From assembly GCA_964419785.1 (NCBI GenBank), contig CAYQRM010000136.1, positions 5,305 through 69,304 on the forward strand: 64,000 nucleotides of DNA, given 5' to 3'. Position 1 is the first letter of the stretch, and each line of letters starts with the position of its first letter. The notes beneath the pieces were generated by a model, which searched no databases, had not been told where the DNA came from, and saw only the letters and a list, made by a program, of their open reading frames with translations. Source of the stretch: an uncultured Solibacteraceae bacterium (lineage in GTDB: Bacteria > Acidobacteriota > Vicinamibacteria > Vicinamibacterales > SCN-69-37). Both the position numbers and the translations under genes were made by a program. Below are positions 9,942 through 18,822 of the stretch, piece after piece.

Positions 9942-10174
9942 CATGAAGGACGTGAAGGGAATGAAGAACATGAAGTAAGAAGAACCGCCCATCGATCTGA
10001 CTGGCCGCCGGAGGCGGCCCAGGCGATTGGGCGAGGCCACCTGGGAACAAGAGCCTCGTGGCAGTTATTGGCTCTTGTTCCCAGGTGCCCTCGCCCCATC
10101 GCGCCCGGCGAAGCCGGGCCGTCAGATCGATGGGCGGTTCCTTCATGACCTTCATTTCCTTCATGACCTTCATG
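9942..10174. repeat. 233-bp branched palindrome, copy 2 (direct repeat of 9237-9469 with the central loop inverted)
   Basis: Same arms and side hairpins in the same order; loop tcgtggcagttatt is the reverse complement of the copy-1 loop apart from one A. Confidence 0.9.
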
Positions 10175-10230
10175 CCGAGCCTGCCGTGCCATAATTCCCG
10201 GCGACACGCCCGGTTCAACTTGGAGGCTCT

Positions 10231-13053
10231 ATGAGTGCCGGTTCATCCCTGCTCGGTCGCGCCCTTACCCGGCGCACGACTCGTCTCGCGCTCGTGTTCG
10301 CCTTGGCGCTCGTGCCGCTCACCATCGTCGCGCAGCGTGGCGCGCCGCCGCAGGCGAAGCCGCCCGCGTCGCCCGACGATCAGATCATCGCCGCCGAGAG
10401 CTACCAGACGCCACAGAAGGAGCTGGCCGAGGCCGTGCTCGCGCCGCGGTATCTGAACGACAACCTGTCGAACTTGAGCCCCGACAAGAAGTGGTTCCTC
10501 AAGATGATCGGCGACGGCCCGGTCGTGATGACGACGTTCTCGAAGCCGTTCGATGAGCTCGGCGGCGTGTTCATCGACTGGAAAGCGAATCGCTCGCGCA
10601 CGCTGACGATCACCAACAGCATTGGCATCCAGCTGATCTCCGCCACCGACGGGACGAAGAAGAATATCCAGCTGCCGGCCAACGCGCGCGTGTCGAACGC
10701 GACGTGGTCCCCCGACGGCAAGTCGATTGCCTTCTACGTGCACGGCGACACCGCCACGCACATCTGGATCGCCAACGTCGCCACCGGTCAGGCCGCACAG
10801 CTCACGACGACGCCCGTGCTCGCGACGTTCGTCACGAGTTTCTATTTCAGCGCCGATGGCCGATCGATCGCCACGGTGTTGCCGCCAGACAACCGCGGCC
10901 CGCGGCCGGTCGAAGCGGCGCCCGTGCCAGCGGGACCCGAAGTGGAGGTCTCGTCCGGCACCAAGGCGAGCCTCCGCACGTTCCCGAGCTTGATGTCCAC
11001 ACCGCAGGATTTCGCGCTGCTGCGTTGGCACGCAACGGGTCAGCTCGCGATCATCGATGTTGCGACGAAGACCGTCCGCAAAGTCGGCGCGCCGGCGATG
11101 ATCCGCGCGATCGATCTTTCGCCCGATGGACAGTACGTGCGCGTGACACGGATGACCGATCCGTTCTCCTACATCGTTCCGGTCAGCAACTTCGGATCAG
11201 TCGAAGAGCTGTGGGATATCAGCGGCAAGTCCCTCGCGCGGCTGTCCGATCGTCCGATCAATCTCGGGGCGTCGGCTGACGACACGAATCCTGATCCGAA
11301 CGCCGCGCCTGGTGGCGGCGGTGGGCGAGGGCGCGGCGGTCAGACCGGCAAGCGCGAGTTCGCGTGGCGACTCGATGGGCCGGGTCTCACCTATCTCGAA
11401 CAGGAACCGCCGCCGGCACGGACGACGACCGCCGACGATGCGAACGCCGGCAACGCTGGTGCCAATGCCAACGCGGCGGGCCGCGGCGGCGCTCGCGGGA
11501 CCGGTCGCGGCGCGCCAGGCGCGCAGGGCCAGAATGCTCCGCCTCGCAAGGATCGGCTGATGGCGTGGGCGCCCCCCTTCGACGTCGCGAGTGCGAAGCT
11601 CATCTACGAGAACGCGACGACGATGTCGAACGTGCGATTCTCGCCGGACAACCAGATTCTGTTCTTCAACGAGACCGCGGGCGGCAACACCACGCTCTAC
11701 GCCGTGTACCTCAACGATACGGCCCAGCGTTACTCGCTGCAGGTGACGCGCGGCGGCGGCGGCGGCCGCGCGGGCGGCGGCGGCGCCAACACGCAGGCGA
11801 GTGACGACCCGAACACCGGCGGATCGCTCGTCGGCGTGCGCGGCACCGCGGGCGGCGGCGGACGCGGTGGCGGTGGCGGCGCTGGAGGACGCGGCGGTGG
11901 CGGTGGTGCCGGCCCGGTCATGCTGTCGGCCGACAAGAACGCCGTGTTCTTCGAGGGCACGACGTACGACAAGGATCCGCTCCAGGTCGGACCGAAGTCG
12001 TTTGTCGATCGCATGACGATTAAGACAGGCGAGAAAACGAATCTCTACACGAGCGACAACACCAATCAGTGGGAACGCGTGACGCAGATTCTCGACGCCG
12101 ACGCGAAGTCGTTCGTCGTCGTCCGCGAGAGCCCGAAGGACGTGCCGCAGGCGTACCTCGTGAACGGCACCACGAGGAAGCAGCTCACGGACAACAAGGA
12201 CATCGCCCCGGACCTCACCGCGGCGCCGAAGATGAAGGTACCGATCACGCGGCCAGACGGCTTCCACTTCACGGTGCGCGTCACGCTGCCGCCCGGCTAT
12301 CAGCCAGGGACCAAGCTGCCGGCGCTGTTCTGGGTGTACCCGTCGGAGTACGAGACGCAGGACGCGCACGACCGCACGGACCGAACGTTCAACAAGAACA
12401 CGTTCGAGAACTTCGGCGCGCGGTCGATGGAGTTCTTCTGCCGTCTTGGCTACGCGGTGATCGAGGACGCGCCAGATCACCTGCCGATCGTCGGACCGAA
12501 CGGCAAGGAGAACGACAATTACGTCGACGATCTCCGGAGCGACTTGCTTGCCGTGATCGACGAGCTCGATCGGCGCGGCGTGATCGATCGCACGCGGCTG
12601 GCGATTGGCGGCCACAGCTACGGCGCGTTCACAACCGTGAACGCGATGACCCACACGACCTTCTTCAAGGCGGGCATCGCCGGCGACGGCAATTACAATC
12701 GCACGCTCACACCGTTCGGCTTCCAGAATGAACGCCGCACGTTCTGGGAAGCGCCGGACGTGTACACGAACATGTCGCCGCTGTTCTACGCGCAGCACCT
12801 CTCAGGCGCGCTGCTGATGTACCACAACATGCACGACCAGAACGTCGGCACCGATCCGATCAACTCCGATCGTCTGTTCCAAGCGCTGAACGAGCTCGGC
12901 AAGACGGTCGCGCTCTATCGGTACCCGTTCGAGGACCACGGGCCGGTCGCGAAGGAGACGCTGCTCGACATGTGGGCCCGTTGGGGCGCGTGGCTCGACA
13001 AGTACGTGAAAAACGCGCCGCCGGCTGTTGTCAAACCTGCAGCGAGTCGCTGA
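10231..13053 (+). CDS. Secreted S9-family (prolyl oligopeptidase-like) serine peptidase with Gly/Arg-rich insertions
   Basis: GGHSYG nucleophile elbow, DQNV and EDHG triad positions, beta-propeller repeats (WSPDGK, LSPDG, FSPDN), signal peptide ..TIVA|Q. Confidence 0.9.
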   Translation: MSAGSSLLGRALTRRTTRLALVFALALVPLTIVAQRGAPPQAKPPASPDDQIIAAESYQTPQKELAEAVLAPRYLNDNLSNLSPDKKWFLKMIGDGPVVMTTFSKPFDELGGVFIDWKANRSRTLTITNSIGIQLISATDGTKKNIQLPANARVSNATWSPDGKSIAFYVHGDTATHIWIANVATGQAAQLTTTPVLATFVTSFYFSADGRSIATVLPPDNRGPRPVEAAPVPAGPEVEVSSGTKASLRTFPSLMSTPQDFALLRWHATGQLAIIDVATKTVRKVGAPAMIRAIDLSPDGQYVRVTRMTDPFSYIVPVSNFGSVEELWDISGKSLARLSDRPINLGASADDTNPDPNAAPGGGGGRGRGGQTGKREFAWRLDGPGLTYLEQEPPPARTTTADDANAGNAGANANAAGRGGARGTGRGAPGAQGQNAPPRKDRLMAWAPPFDVASAKLIYENATTMSNVRFSPDNQILFFNETAGGNTTLYAVYLNDTAQRYSLQVTRGGGGGRAGGGGANTQASDDPNTGGSLVGVRGTAGGGGRGGGGGAGGRGGGGGAGPVMLSADKNAVFFEGTTYDKDPLQVGPKSFVDRMTIKTGEKTNLYTSDNTNQWERVTQILDADAKSFVVVRESPKDVPQAYLVNGTTRKQLTDNKDIAPDLTAAPKMKVPITRPDGFHFTVRVTLPPGYQPGTKLPALFWVYPSEYETQDAHDRTDRTFNKNTFENFGARSMEFFCRLGYAVIEDAPDHLPIVGPNGKENDNYVDDLRSDLLAVIDELDRRGVIDRTRLAIGGHSYGAFTTVNAMTHTTFFKAGIAGDGNYNRTLTPFGFQNERRTFWEAPDVYTNMSPLFYAQHLSGALLMYHNMHDQNVGTDPINSDRLFQALNELGKTVALYRYPFEDHGPVAKETLLDMWARWGAWLDKYVKNAPPAVVKPAASR

Positions 13054-13060
13054 GATGAGT

Positions 13061-13099
13061 GGGGTCAGGCCCGGCTTGGCGTAAGCCGGGCCTGACCCC
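13061..13099. repeat. Perfect 17-bp-stem hairpin between convergent genes (REP-like or bidirectional terminator)
   Basis: GGGGTCAGGCCCGGCTT-GGCGT-AAGCCGGGCCTGACCCC. Confidence 0.8.
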
Positions 13100-13112
13100 G
13101 CTGCCCGTCGTT

Positions 13113-14477
13113 CTAAGCGCTTCCCTCAAATAAGCGCACGCTCATTGGCGCCGCTGGCGCGATCGCATCGTCGACGCGCAGCCGCACGCGTCTCACCGTC
13201 ACGGAAGCGAATCGATCCAATTTCCGGTACCCGATCGTCGTGCCTGACGCGAGCGTGCGCCACTCGCCACCCGCGACCTGGCCCTCGAGCGTGTAGCGCG
13301 CGACCACCTGTCCGCGCGCGATGTCCTCGCGAAGATCGGCGAGCGCGATCGTCTCATCGCCGCCGAGATCGATTTCGAGCGCGGCTGCGTGTCCTGCCGT
13401 CGCGCGAAGATCTGGGCGCCGCCTCGCCGCGACGTCGTGAGCGAAGAGCGCGTCGAGGCGCGCGCGCATGTCCGCGAGCCTTGAGACGTCCGTGTCGTGG
13501 AGCAGGCCGTCGCGCGTGGGCGGCACGTTCAGCAATAGCTTCGAGTTGCGCCCGACCGACGTGAAATAGATCGAGACGAGATCGTCGGCCGATTTCACGC
13601 GCGCGTCTTCGGCCGGGTGATGAAACCAGCCGGGCCGGATCGAAACGTCGGTCTCGCCAGGACGCCAGACGGTGCCGTTCGGATCGCCGTGCTGGAGCAT
13701 GGCGGTCACCGCTGCGCCGCCCGCTCCTGGGTACGGCACGACCGCAGGATCGACGGTCGACCAATTGGTCTCGCCCGCGACGCCGCGCTCGTTGCCGATC
13801 CACCGCACGTCAGGACCCGCGTCGGAAAAAATCACAGCATCCGGTTGCAACCGCCGGACGAGGGCCCAGATCCGATCCCAGTCGTATTGCTGCTTGCGGC
13901 CGTTCGGGCCCTCGCCGTTGGCGCCATCGAACCACACCTCGGCGATCGGACCGTACCCGGTGAGCAGTTCCGTCAGTTGATCGCAGTAGAAGTCGTTGTA
14001 CCGCGGTGAGTCGCCGTAGCGCGGCTCGTGGCGATCCCACGGCGAGAGGTACAGGCCAGCTCTGAGGTGTTCGGCGCGGCACGCATCGGTGAACTCCTTG
14101 ACGACGTCGCCGTGGCCGTCGCGAAAGGGGCTCGACTTCACGGAGTGCGTCGTCGTCTTTGTCGGCCAGAGGCAGAATCCGTCATGGTGCTTCGCGGTGA
14201 GGATCATCGCGCGGGCGCCGGCGGAGCGTGCCGCGCGCGCCCACTGACGTGCGTCGAGACGCGACGGCGCGAAGATGGCTGGGTCCTCGCGCCCATCGCC
14301 CCACTCGCGATCGGTGAACGTGTTCACGCCGAAGTGGAGGAAGAGCGCGAGCTCGTCTTGCTGCCAGCGAAGCTGCGCTGGGCTCGGCTGGGGCCGCATC
14401 GTCGCTTGCGCGCGGCTCGTCGCGCGCCAGGCCAGCGGCAAGAGCGCGGATGATTGCAGGAATTCTCGGCGCGTCAC
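13113..14477 (-). CDS. Alpha-L-fucosidase (GH29), Tat-exported, with C-terminal beta-sandwich domain
   Basis: TRREFL Tat motif; FLHFGVNTF, TAKHHDGFCLW, YLSPWDRH, EVWFDGA (nucleophile Asp), SIRPGWF, LLLNVPP. Confidence 0.92.
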   Translation of the reverse strand: MTRREFLQSSALLPLAWRATSRAQATMRPQPSPAQLRWQQDELALFLHFGVNTFTDREWGDGREDPAIFAPSRLDARQWARAARSAGARAMILTAKHHDGFCLWPTKTTTHSVKSSPFRDGHGDVVKEFTDACRAEHLRAGLYLSPWDRHEPRYGDSPRYNDFYCDQLTELLTGYGPIAEVWFDGANGEGPNGRKQQYDWDRIWALVRRLQPDAVIFSDAGPDVRWIGNERGVAGETNWSTVDPAVVPYPGAGGAAVTAMLQHGDPNGTVWRPGETDVSIRPGWFHHPAEDARVKSADDLVSIYFTSVGRNSKLLLNVPPTRDGLLHDTDVSRLADMRARLDALFAHDVAARRRPDLRATAGHAAALEIDLGGDETIALADLREDIARGQVVARYTLEGQVAGGEWRTLASGTTIGYRKLDRFASVTVRRVRLRVDDAIAPAAPMSVRLFEGSA

Positions 14478-14494
14478 TCAATTACGATAATCGA

Positions 14495-14577
14495 AGCAAT
14501 GGGCCATTGAGGCAGTGTGGCAATGCGTGAATGCATGCGTGCAAATTCATCATTCACCCATTGCCTCATTGCCTCAT
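14495..14577. repeat. Inverted GGCAATGA-type 8-mer arrays without a cargo gene
   Basis: Left arm ..gcaatgcgtgaatg, right arm cattcacccattgcctcattgcctcat; same arm motifs as 33487-33917. Confidence 0.7.
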
Positions 14578-14592
14578 CTCCCGTAATCCCGA

Positions 14593-15033
14593 ATGATGGT
14601 GATCCGCCTGCTCGCATTTCTGTTAATAGCCGAGGGCGTGTCGACGCTCTTTTGGCTCGTGATGCTGCTGCCGTCGCTCGGCTGGCGCGATCGATCGTCG
14701 GTGGCGGTCATCATTGTGCGAGGAGTGATCGGGGCGCTGCAGCTCGTGAGCGGATGGGGCCTCGCCTCACGCAGCGCGTCTGCGCCGACGCTGGCACGCT
14801 GGGCACTCGGACTTTCGGCCGCGCTCCTCGCGCTCGAGATCGGTTTCCGTTTGTCGCCGAGCAACCTCGATCCGACCTATCGCTGGCCGCTCGTGTGGGC
14901 GTATGCCTCGTATGCATTCGTCGCGATTGTGATCTTGCGCCGGAAAGGCGACGGAGGAACCCCGGACCCCGGACTTCGGACCTGGGACGACGGTGGAACG
15001 CTGGACATCGGGCCCCACACCTGGGACGACTAG
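14593..15033 (+). CDS. Hypothetical membrane protein; C-terminus built from a 7-mer repeat
   Basis: Four hydrophobic segments; tail GTPDPGLRTWDD..HTWDD is encoded by (cccggac)n and a 12-bp direct repeat acctgggacgac (14980, 15019). Confidence 0.65.
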   Translation: MMVIRLLAFLLIAEGVSTLFWLVMLLPSLGWRDRSSVAVIIVRGVIGALQLVSGWGLASRSASAPTLARWALGLSAALLALEIGFRLSPSNLDPTYRWPLVWAYASYAFVAIVILRRKGDGGTPDPGLRTWDDGGTLDIGPHTWDD

Positions 15034-16040
15034 CGAACCGTAAGCGCGATCTTTCCGACGACGCTGCCGGACTCGAGCGCGCGGTGCGCTTCCGCGGCCT
15101 GGGCCAGCGGAAACGTTTGGTGGACGACGGGCCGCACGCGTCCTGATTCGATGAGGGGCCACACTTCGCGCTCGAGCGCTTGCGCGATGACGCCTTTTTC
15201 CTCCGGCGTGCGGATGCGAAGCGTCGAGCCGGTGACGGTCAGACGCTTGAGCATGATCGTCCGCAGCGCGATCTCCGCGGTCGCACCGCCGATGAGACCG
15301 ATCTGCACGAGCCGGCCATCCCGCGCGAGCGAGTCGAGATTGCGCTGTGCGTAGCTGCCGCCGATGATGTCGAGAATGACGTCGACGCCGCGGCGGTCGG
15401 TCACCGATTTCACGACCTCGACGAAATCCTCCGAGCGATGGTTGATCGCGCGCACGGCGCCGAGGCGGCGAACCGCATCGCATTTGTCTTCGCTGCCGGC
15501 GGTCGCGAGCACACGAGCGCCTCGCGCGACAGCGATCTGAATTGCCGTCGAGCCGATGCCGCTCGTCCCGCCGTGCACGAGCAGCCATTCGCCGGACGCG
15601 AGATGGCCGCGATCGAAGACGTTCGTCCACACGGTGAAGAACGTTTCCGGGAGGGCCGAAGCCTCGATCATCGAGAGCCCGCGCGGTACGGGTAGGCACT
15701 GCACGCCCGGTGCGACCGCGAGCTCCGCGTAGCCGCCGCCGGCGAGCAGCGCGCAGACCTCGTCGCCGACCTGCCACTTGCGACCGGCCGCCGATTTGGG
15801 AGAACCCGACGCATCCGGCGGGCCGAGCGCGGAGATTCGTCCCGCGACTTCCAGGCCCGGAATGTCGGTGGTTCCTGGCGGCGGGGGATATCGGCCCTCG
15901 CGCTGCATGAGGTCGGGCCGGTTCACGCCCGCGGCGTGCACCTCAATCAGCACTTCGCCCGGGCCCGGCACCGGCGCCGGCCGCTCCGCGATCCGCAAGA
16001 CGTCGGGTCCGCCAGCCGCTGCGATCTCGATGACCTTCAT
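15030..16040 (-). CDS. NAD(P)H-quinone oxidoreductase, PIG3 family (MDR superfamily)
   Basis: GVNRPD..QR.G.YPPPPG...PGLEVAG, LLAGGGYAE, LPETFFTVW, HGGTSGIG. Confidence 0.93.
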   Translation of the reverse strand: MKVIEIAAAGGPDVLRIAERPAPVPGPGEVLIEVHAAGVNRPDLMQREGRYPPPPGTTDIPGLEVAGRISALGPPDASGSPKSAAGRKWQVGDEVCALLAGGGYAELAVAPGVQCLPVPRGLSMIEASALPETFFTVWTNVFDRGHLASGEWLLVHGGTSGIGSTAIQIAVARGARVLATAGSEDKCDAVRRLGAVRAINHRSEDFVEVVKSVTDRRGVDVILDIIGGSYAQRNLDSLARDGRLVQIGLIGGATAEIALRTIMLKRLTVTGSTLRIRTPEEKGVIAQALEREVWPLIESGRVRPVVHQTFPLAQAAEAHRALESGSVVGKIALTVR

Positions 16041-16057
16041 GCTCTATCGTGTCCTCT

Positions 16058-17031
16058 GTGAAAATCGTGCTGCCTGGAGGATCCGGCTTGCTCGGCCACA
16101 TCCTCGCGCGAGCCTTCGCACGCGACGGACATGAGATTGTCATTCTAAGCCGCCGTTCCGGGCCGTCACCGTGGCGCGTGGTCGAGTGGGACGGCGCATC
16201 GATCAGCGCGTGGACGCGCGAGATCGACGGCGCCGATCTCGTCATCAATCTGGGGGGACGGTCGGTCAACTGCCGCTACACGCCGAAGAATCGCGAAGAG
16301 ATCATGACCTCGCGCATCGCCTCGACGCGCGTGCTGGGTCAGGCGATTGCAGCCGCGGCGCGGCCTCCGGCGGTGTGGCTGCAGTCGAGCACGGCGACGA
16401 TCTACGCGCATCGTTACGACGCTCCCAACGACGAAGCAACCGGCATCGTCGGCGGCCTCGAGCCGAACGCGCCAGCGGCGTGGCGGTTCAGCATCGACGT
16501 CGCCACCGCGTGGGAGCGCACGTTCGATGCGGCGGAGACGCCGCGCACGCGCAAGTCGCCCTGCGCACGGCGATCGTCATGAGCCCGGCGCGCGGCGGCG
16601 CCTTCGACGTGCTGCTCGGCCTGGTGCGGCACGGCCTTGGCGGCACGAACGGCGACGGACGGCAGTTCGTGTCTTGGATTCACGAAGACGATTTCGTTCG
16701 CGCGGTGCGATGGGTCGCCGCCCAGCAGAACGCTTCAGGCGTCGTAAACCTCGCGTCGCCGAATCCGCTGCCGAATGCCGTTTTCATGCGCGCGATTCGC
16801 GAAGCGTGGGGCACGCGGATCGGCCTGCCGTCGCCCGCGTGGATGCTCGAGATCGGCGCGTGGTTCTTGCGAACGGAGACCGAGCTCGTGTTGAAGAGCC
16901 GGCGCGTCGTGCCGCGCCGATTGATCGAGGCCGGCTTCGCGTTCACGTGGCCGGACTGGCCGGCCGCAGCCCGCGATCTCGTCTCACGGTGGCGTCGCTC
17001 GTCCACCACTGATAGCATCTCGGCGCCGTGA
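16058..17031 (+). pseudogene. TIGR01777 (YfcH-like) NAD-dependent epimerase split by a 1-nt deletion at about 16555 (pseudogene or sequencing error)
   Basis: Frame 1 has GGSGLLG..INLGGRSVNCRYT..WLQSST..ETPRTRK; the second frame continues VALRTAIVMSP..GDGRQFVSWIHEDD. aagtcgccctg would need one extra G to read K-V-A-L-R. Confidence 0.85.
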
Positions 17032-17687
17032 CCGAGATTGAAGTGCCCCTGCACTCCCGCCGGCGGGAGCCGATGCTGATCATCCAGAAGATTCAGCACG
17101 TGCTGCCGTCGCCGGTGCTCATTCGCGACGGTTTCGCGCGTTTGAGCGCAGGTGCGTCCGGCTGGGGCCTGGTGCTCGCCGGCGCTGAGGCCGTGACCGG
17201 CGCGCTCGTGGTTGGATCGTTTCTGCTCGCCGCCCGCCGCGCCTTCATGCGCAAGCCCGGCGATCACGCGCATCACGGCATCGACTGGGTGGACCTCTTT
17301 CTCGGTCTGATGCTCGCCGTCGAAGCGTTCGTGCATCACGAGGAGACCGGCCGCATCCAGCGTCCCACCGTACTGCTGTCGGCGACGATGATCGTGTTCG
17401 GGTTGATGCATGGGCGGATGTTGCAGCGCGTGCTGCGGCACATGATGCTGCGTGTCGACGATCGTGGCGTGACCGCGGGCGCGAAATTCTTCCGGACGTT
17501 CTCGGCGCGATGGCGGGAAATCGCCGACATCAGCGTTGGCGAGGTCGACGCGCGCATTCGTACGCGCGATGGGCGGGAGCGCCGGTTCAATCTCAAGAAT
17601 CTGACGAAGGGCGCTGAGGTGCGTGACGCGCTGCTTGCCGCGCGGGTCGAATGGCAGCAGCAACAACTGAACGCAGGAGCCAACTGA
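17028..17687 (+). CDS. Hypothetical membrane protein with a C-terminal PH-like segment
   Basis: GTGA overlap with upstream stop; hydrophobic segments; C-terminal FSARWREIADISV..RIRTRDG. Confidence 0.6.
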   Translation: MTEIEVPLHSRRREPMLIIQKIQHVLPSPVLIRDGFARLSAGASGWGLVLAGAEAVTGALVVGSFLLAARRAFMRKPGDHAHHGIDWVDLFLGLMLAVEAFVHHEETGRIQRPTVLLSATMIVFGLMHGRMLQRVLRHMMLRVDDRGVTAGAKFFRTFSARWREIADISVGEVDARIRTRDGRERRFNLKNLTKGAEVRDALLAARVEWQQQQLNAGAN

Positions 17688-17689
17688 TC

Positions 17690-18052
17690 GTGCCGACGCT
17701 CATCGCTCGTCCGACCGTGATTGCCGCCGCCGGGAACACACCGAAGATCATCGAAGAGTTCGCGGGCCGCGTGAACTCCGGACACAAGTCCGTCAGCGTC
17801 GCGCACATGGTCTCGCCCGAGGGTTGGGAAGAGCCGGGTCAGCGTCCGGAGTTCGAGGAAATCACCGTCGTGCTGCGCGGGCTGCTGCGTGTCGAACACG
17901 AAGGCGGCACGCTCGACGTCGCCGAGGGCCAGGCGGTCGTTGCCCATCCTGGCGAGTGGATTCGCTACAGCAGTCCCGAGCCGGGTGGCGCGGAGTACAT
18001 TGCCGTCTGCCTGCCCGCGTTTTCCTCGTCGACCGTGCATCGAGACGAATGA
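17690..18052 (+). CDS. Cupin-domain protein
   Basis: MPTLIARPTVIAAAGNTPKIIEEFAGRVNS; SPEGWEEPGQRPEFEEITVVL.G; GEWIRYSSP..GAEYIAVCLPAFS. Confidence 0.85.
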   Translation: MPTLIARPTVIAAAGNTPKIIEEFAGRVNSGHKSVSVAHMVSPEGWEEPGQRPEFEEITVVLRGLLRVEHEGGTLDVAEGQAVVAHPGEWIRYSSPEPGGAEYIAVCLPAFSSSTVHRDE

Positions 18053-18822
18053 TGTCGGCGCTGGCGATTGAGACATCACAACTGAGGAAAGCGTTCGGCG
18101 ATCTCGTCGCCGTCGACGGCATCGATCTCGCGGTGCCGCGCGGCAGTTTCTACGGATTTCTCGGGCCCAACGGCGCGGGGAAGTCCACCACGATCAAGTG
18201 CCTGACGGGGTTGATTCGCCCGACGAGCGGCACGTACCGAATTCTCGATATCGATCCGATCGCGCAGCCGGTCGAGGTGAAGCGACGCATCGGCGTCGTC
18301 CCCGAGGACCTGGCGCTGTTCGATCGTCTGAGCGGTGCGGAGACGCTTGCTTTCGTCGGGCAGGTGCACGGACTCGATGCGAAGAGCGTGCGCGAGCGGT
18401 CGACGGAACTGCTCGCGCTGATGGACCTCGCGCGCGCGAAGGACGATCTCGTCACCGATTACTCGCACGGCATGCGCAAGAAGATTGCGCTGGCGACCGC
18501 GCTGCTGCCCGCGCCGCGATTGCTCTTTCTCGACGAGCCGTTCGAGGGTGTCGATGCCGTGGCGTCGCGTCAAATTCGCGACCTGCTCGCACACTTCGTG
18601 AAGAGCGGCGGGACGGTGTTTCTCACGTCGCACATCCTCGAGATCGTCGATCGGCTCTGCGATCACATCGGCATCATCAGCAAGGGCAAGCTGGTCGCGC
18701 AGGGGCCGATCGCCGAGCTGCGCGGCGCGCCCGAATCCGGCAAGACACTCGAAGGACGCTTCTTCGAACTGGTCGGCGCCGACACCACGGCCGCGCCGGC
18801 GCTCGACTGGCTGTCGCGATGA
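18049..18822 (+). CDS. ABC transporter ATP-binding protein (ABC-2 type)
   Basis: Walker A GPNGAGKST, signature YSHGMRKK, Walker B LFLDEP, SH switch; ATGA overlap with cupin gene. Confidence 0.93.
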   Translation: MMSALAIETSQLRKAFGDLVAVDGIDLAVPRGSFYGFLGPNGAGKSTTIKCLTGLIRPTSGTYRILDIDPIAQPVEVKRRIGVVPEDLALFDRLSGAETLAFVGQVHGLDAKSVRERSTELLALMDLARAKDDLVTDYSHGMRKKIALATALLPAPRLLFLDEPFEGVDAVASRQIRDLLAHFVKSGGTVFLTSHILEIVDRLCDHIGIISKGKLVAQGPIAELRGAPESGKTLEGRFFELVGADTTAAPALDWLSR

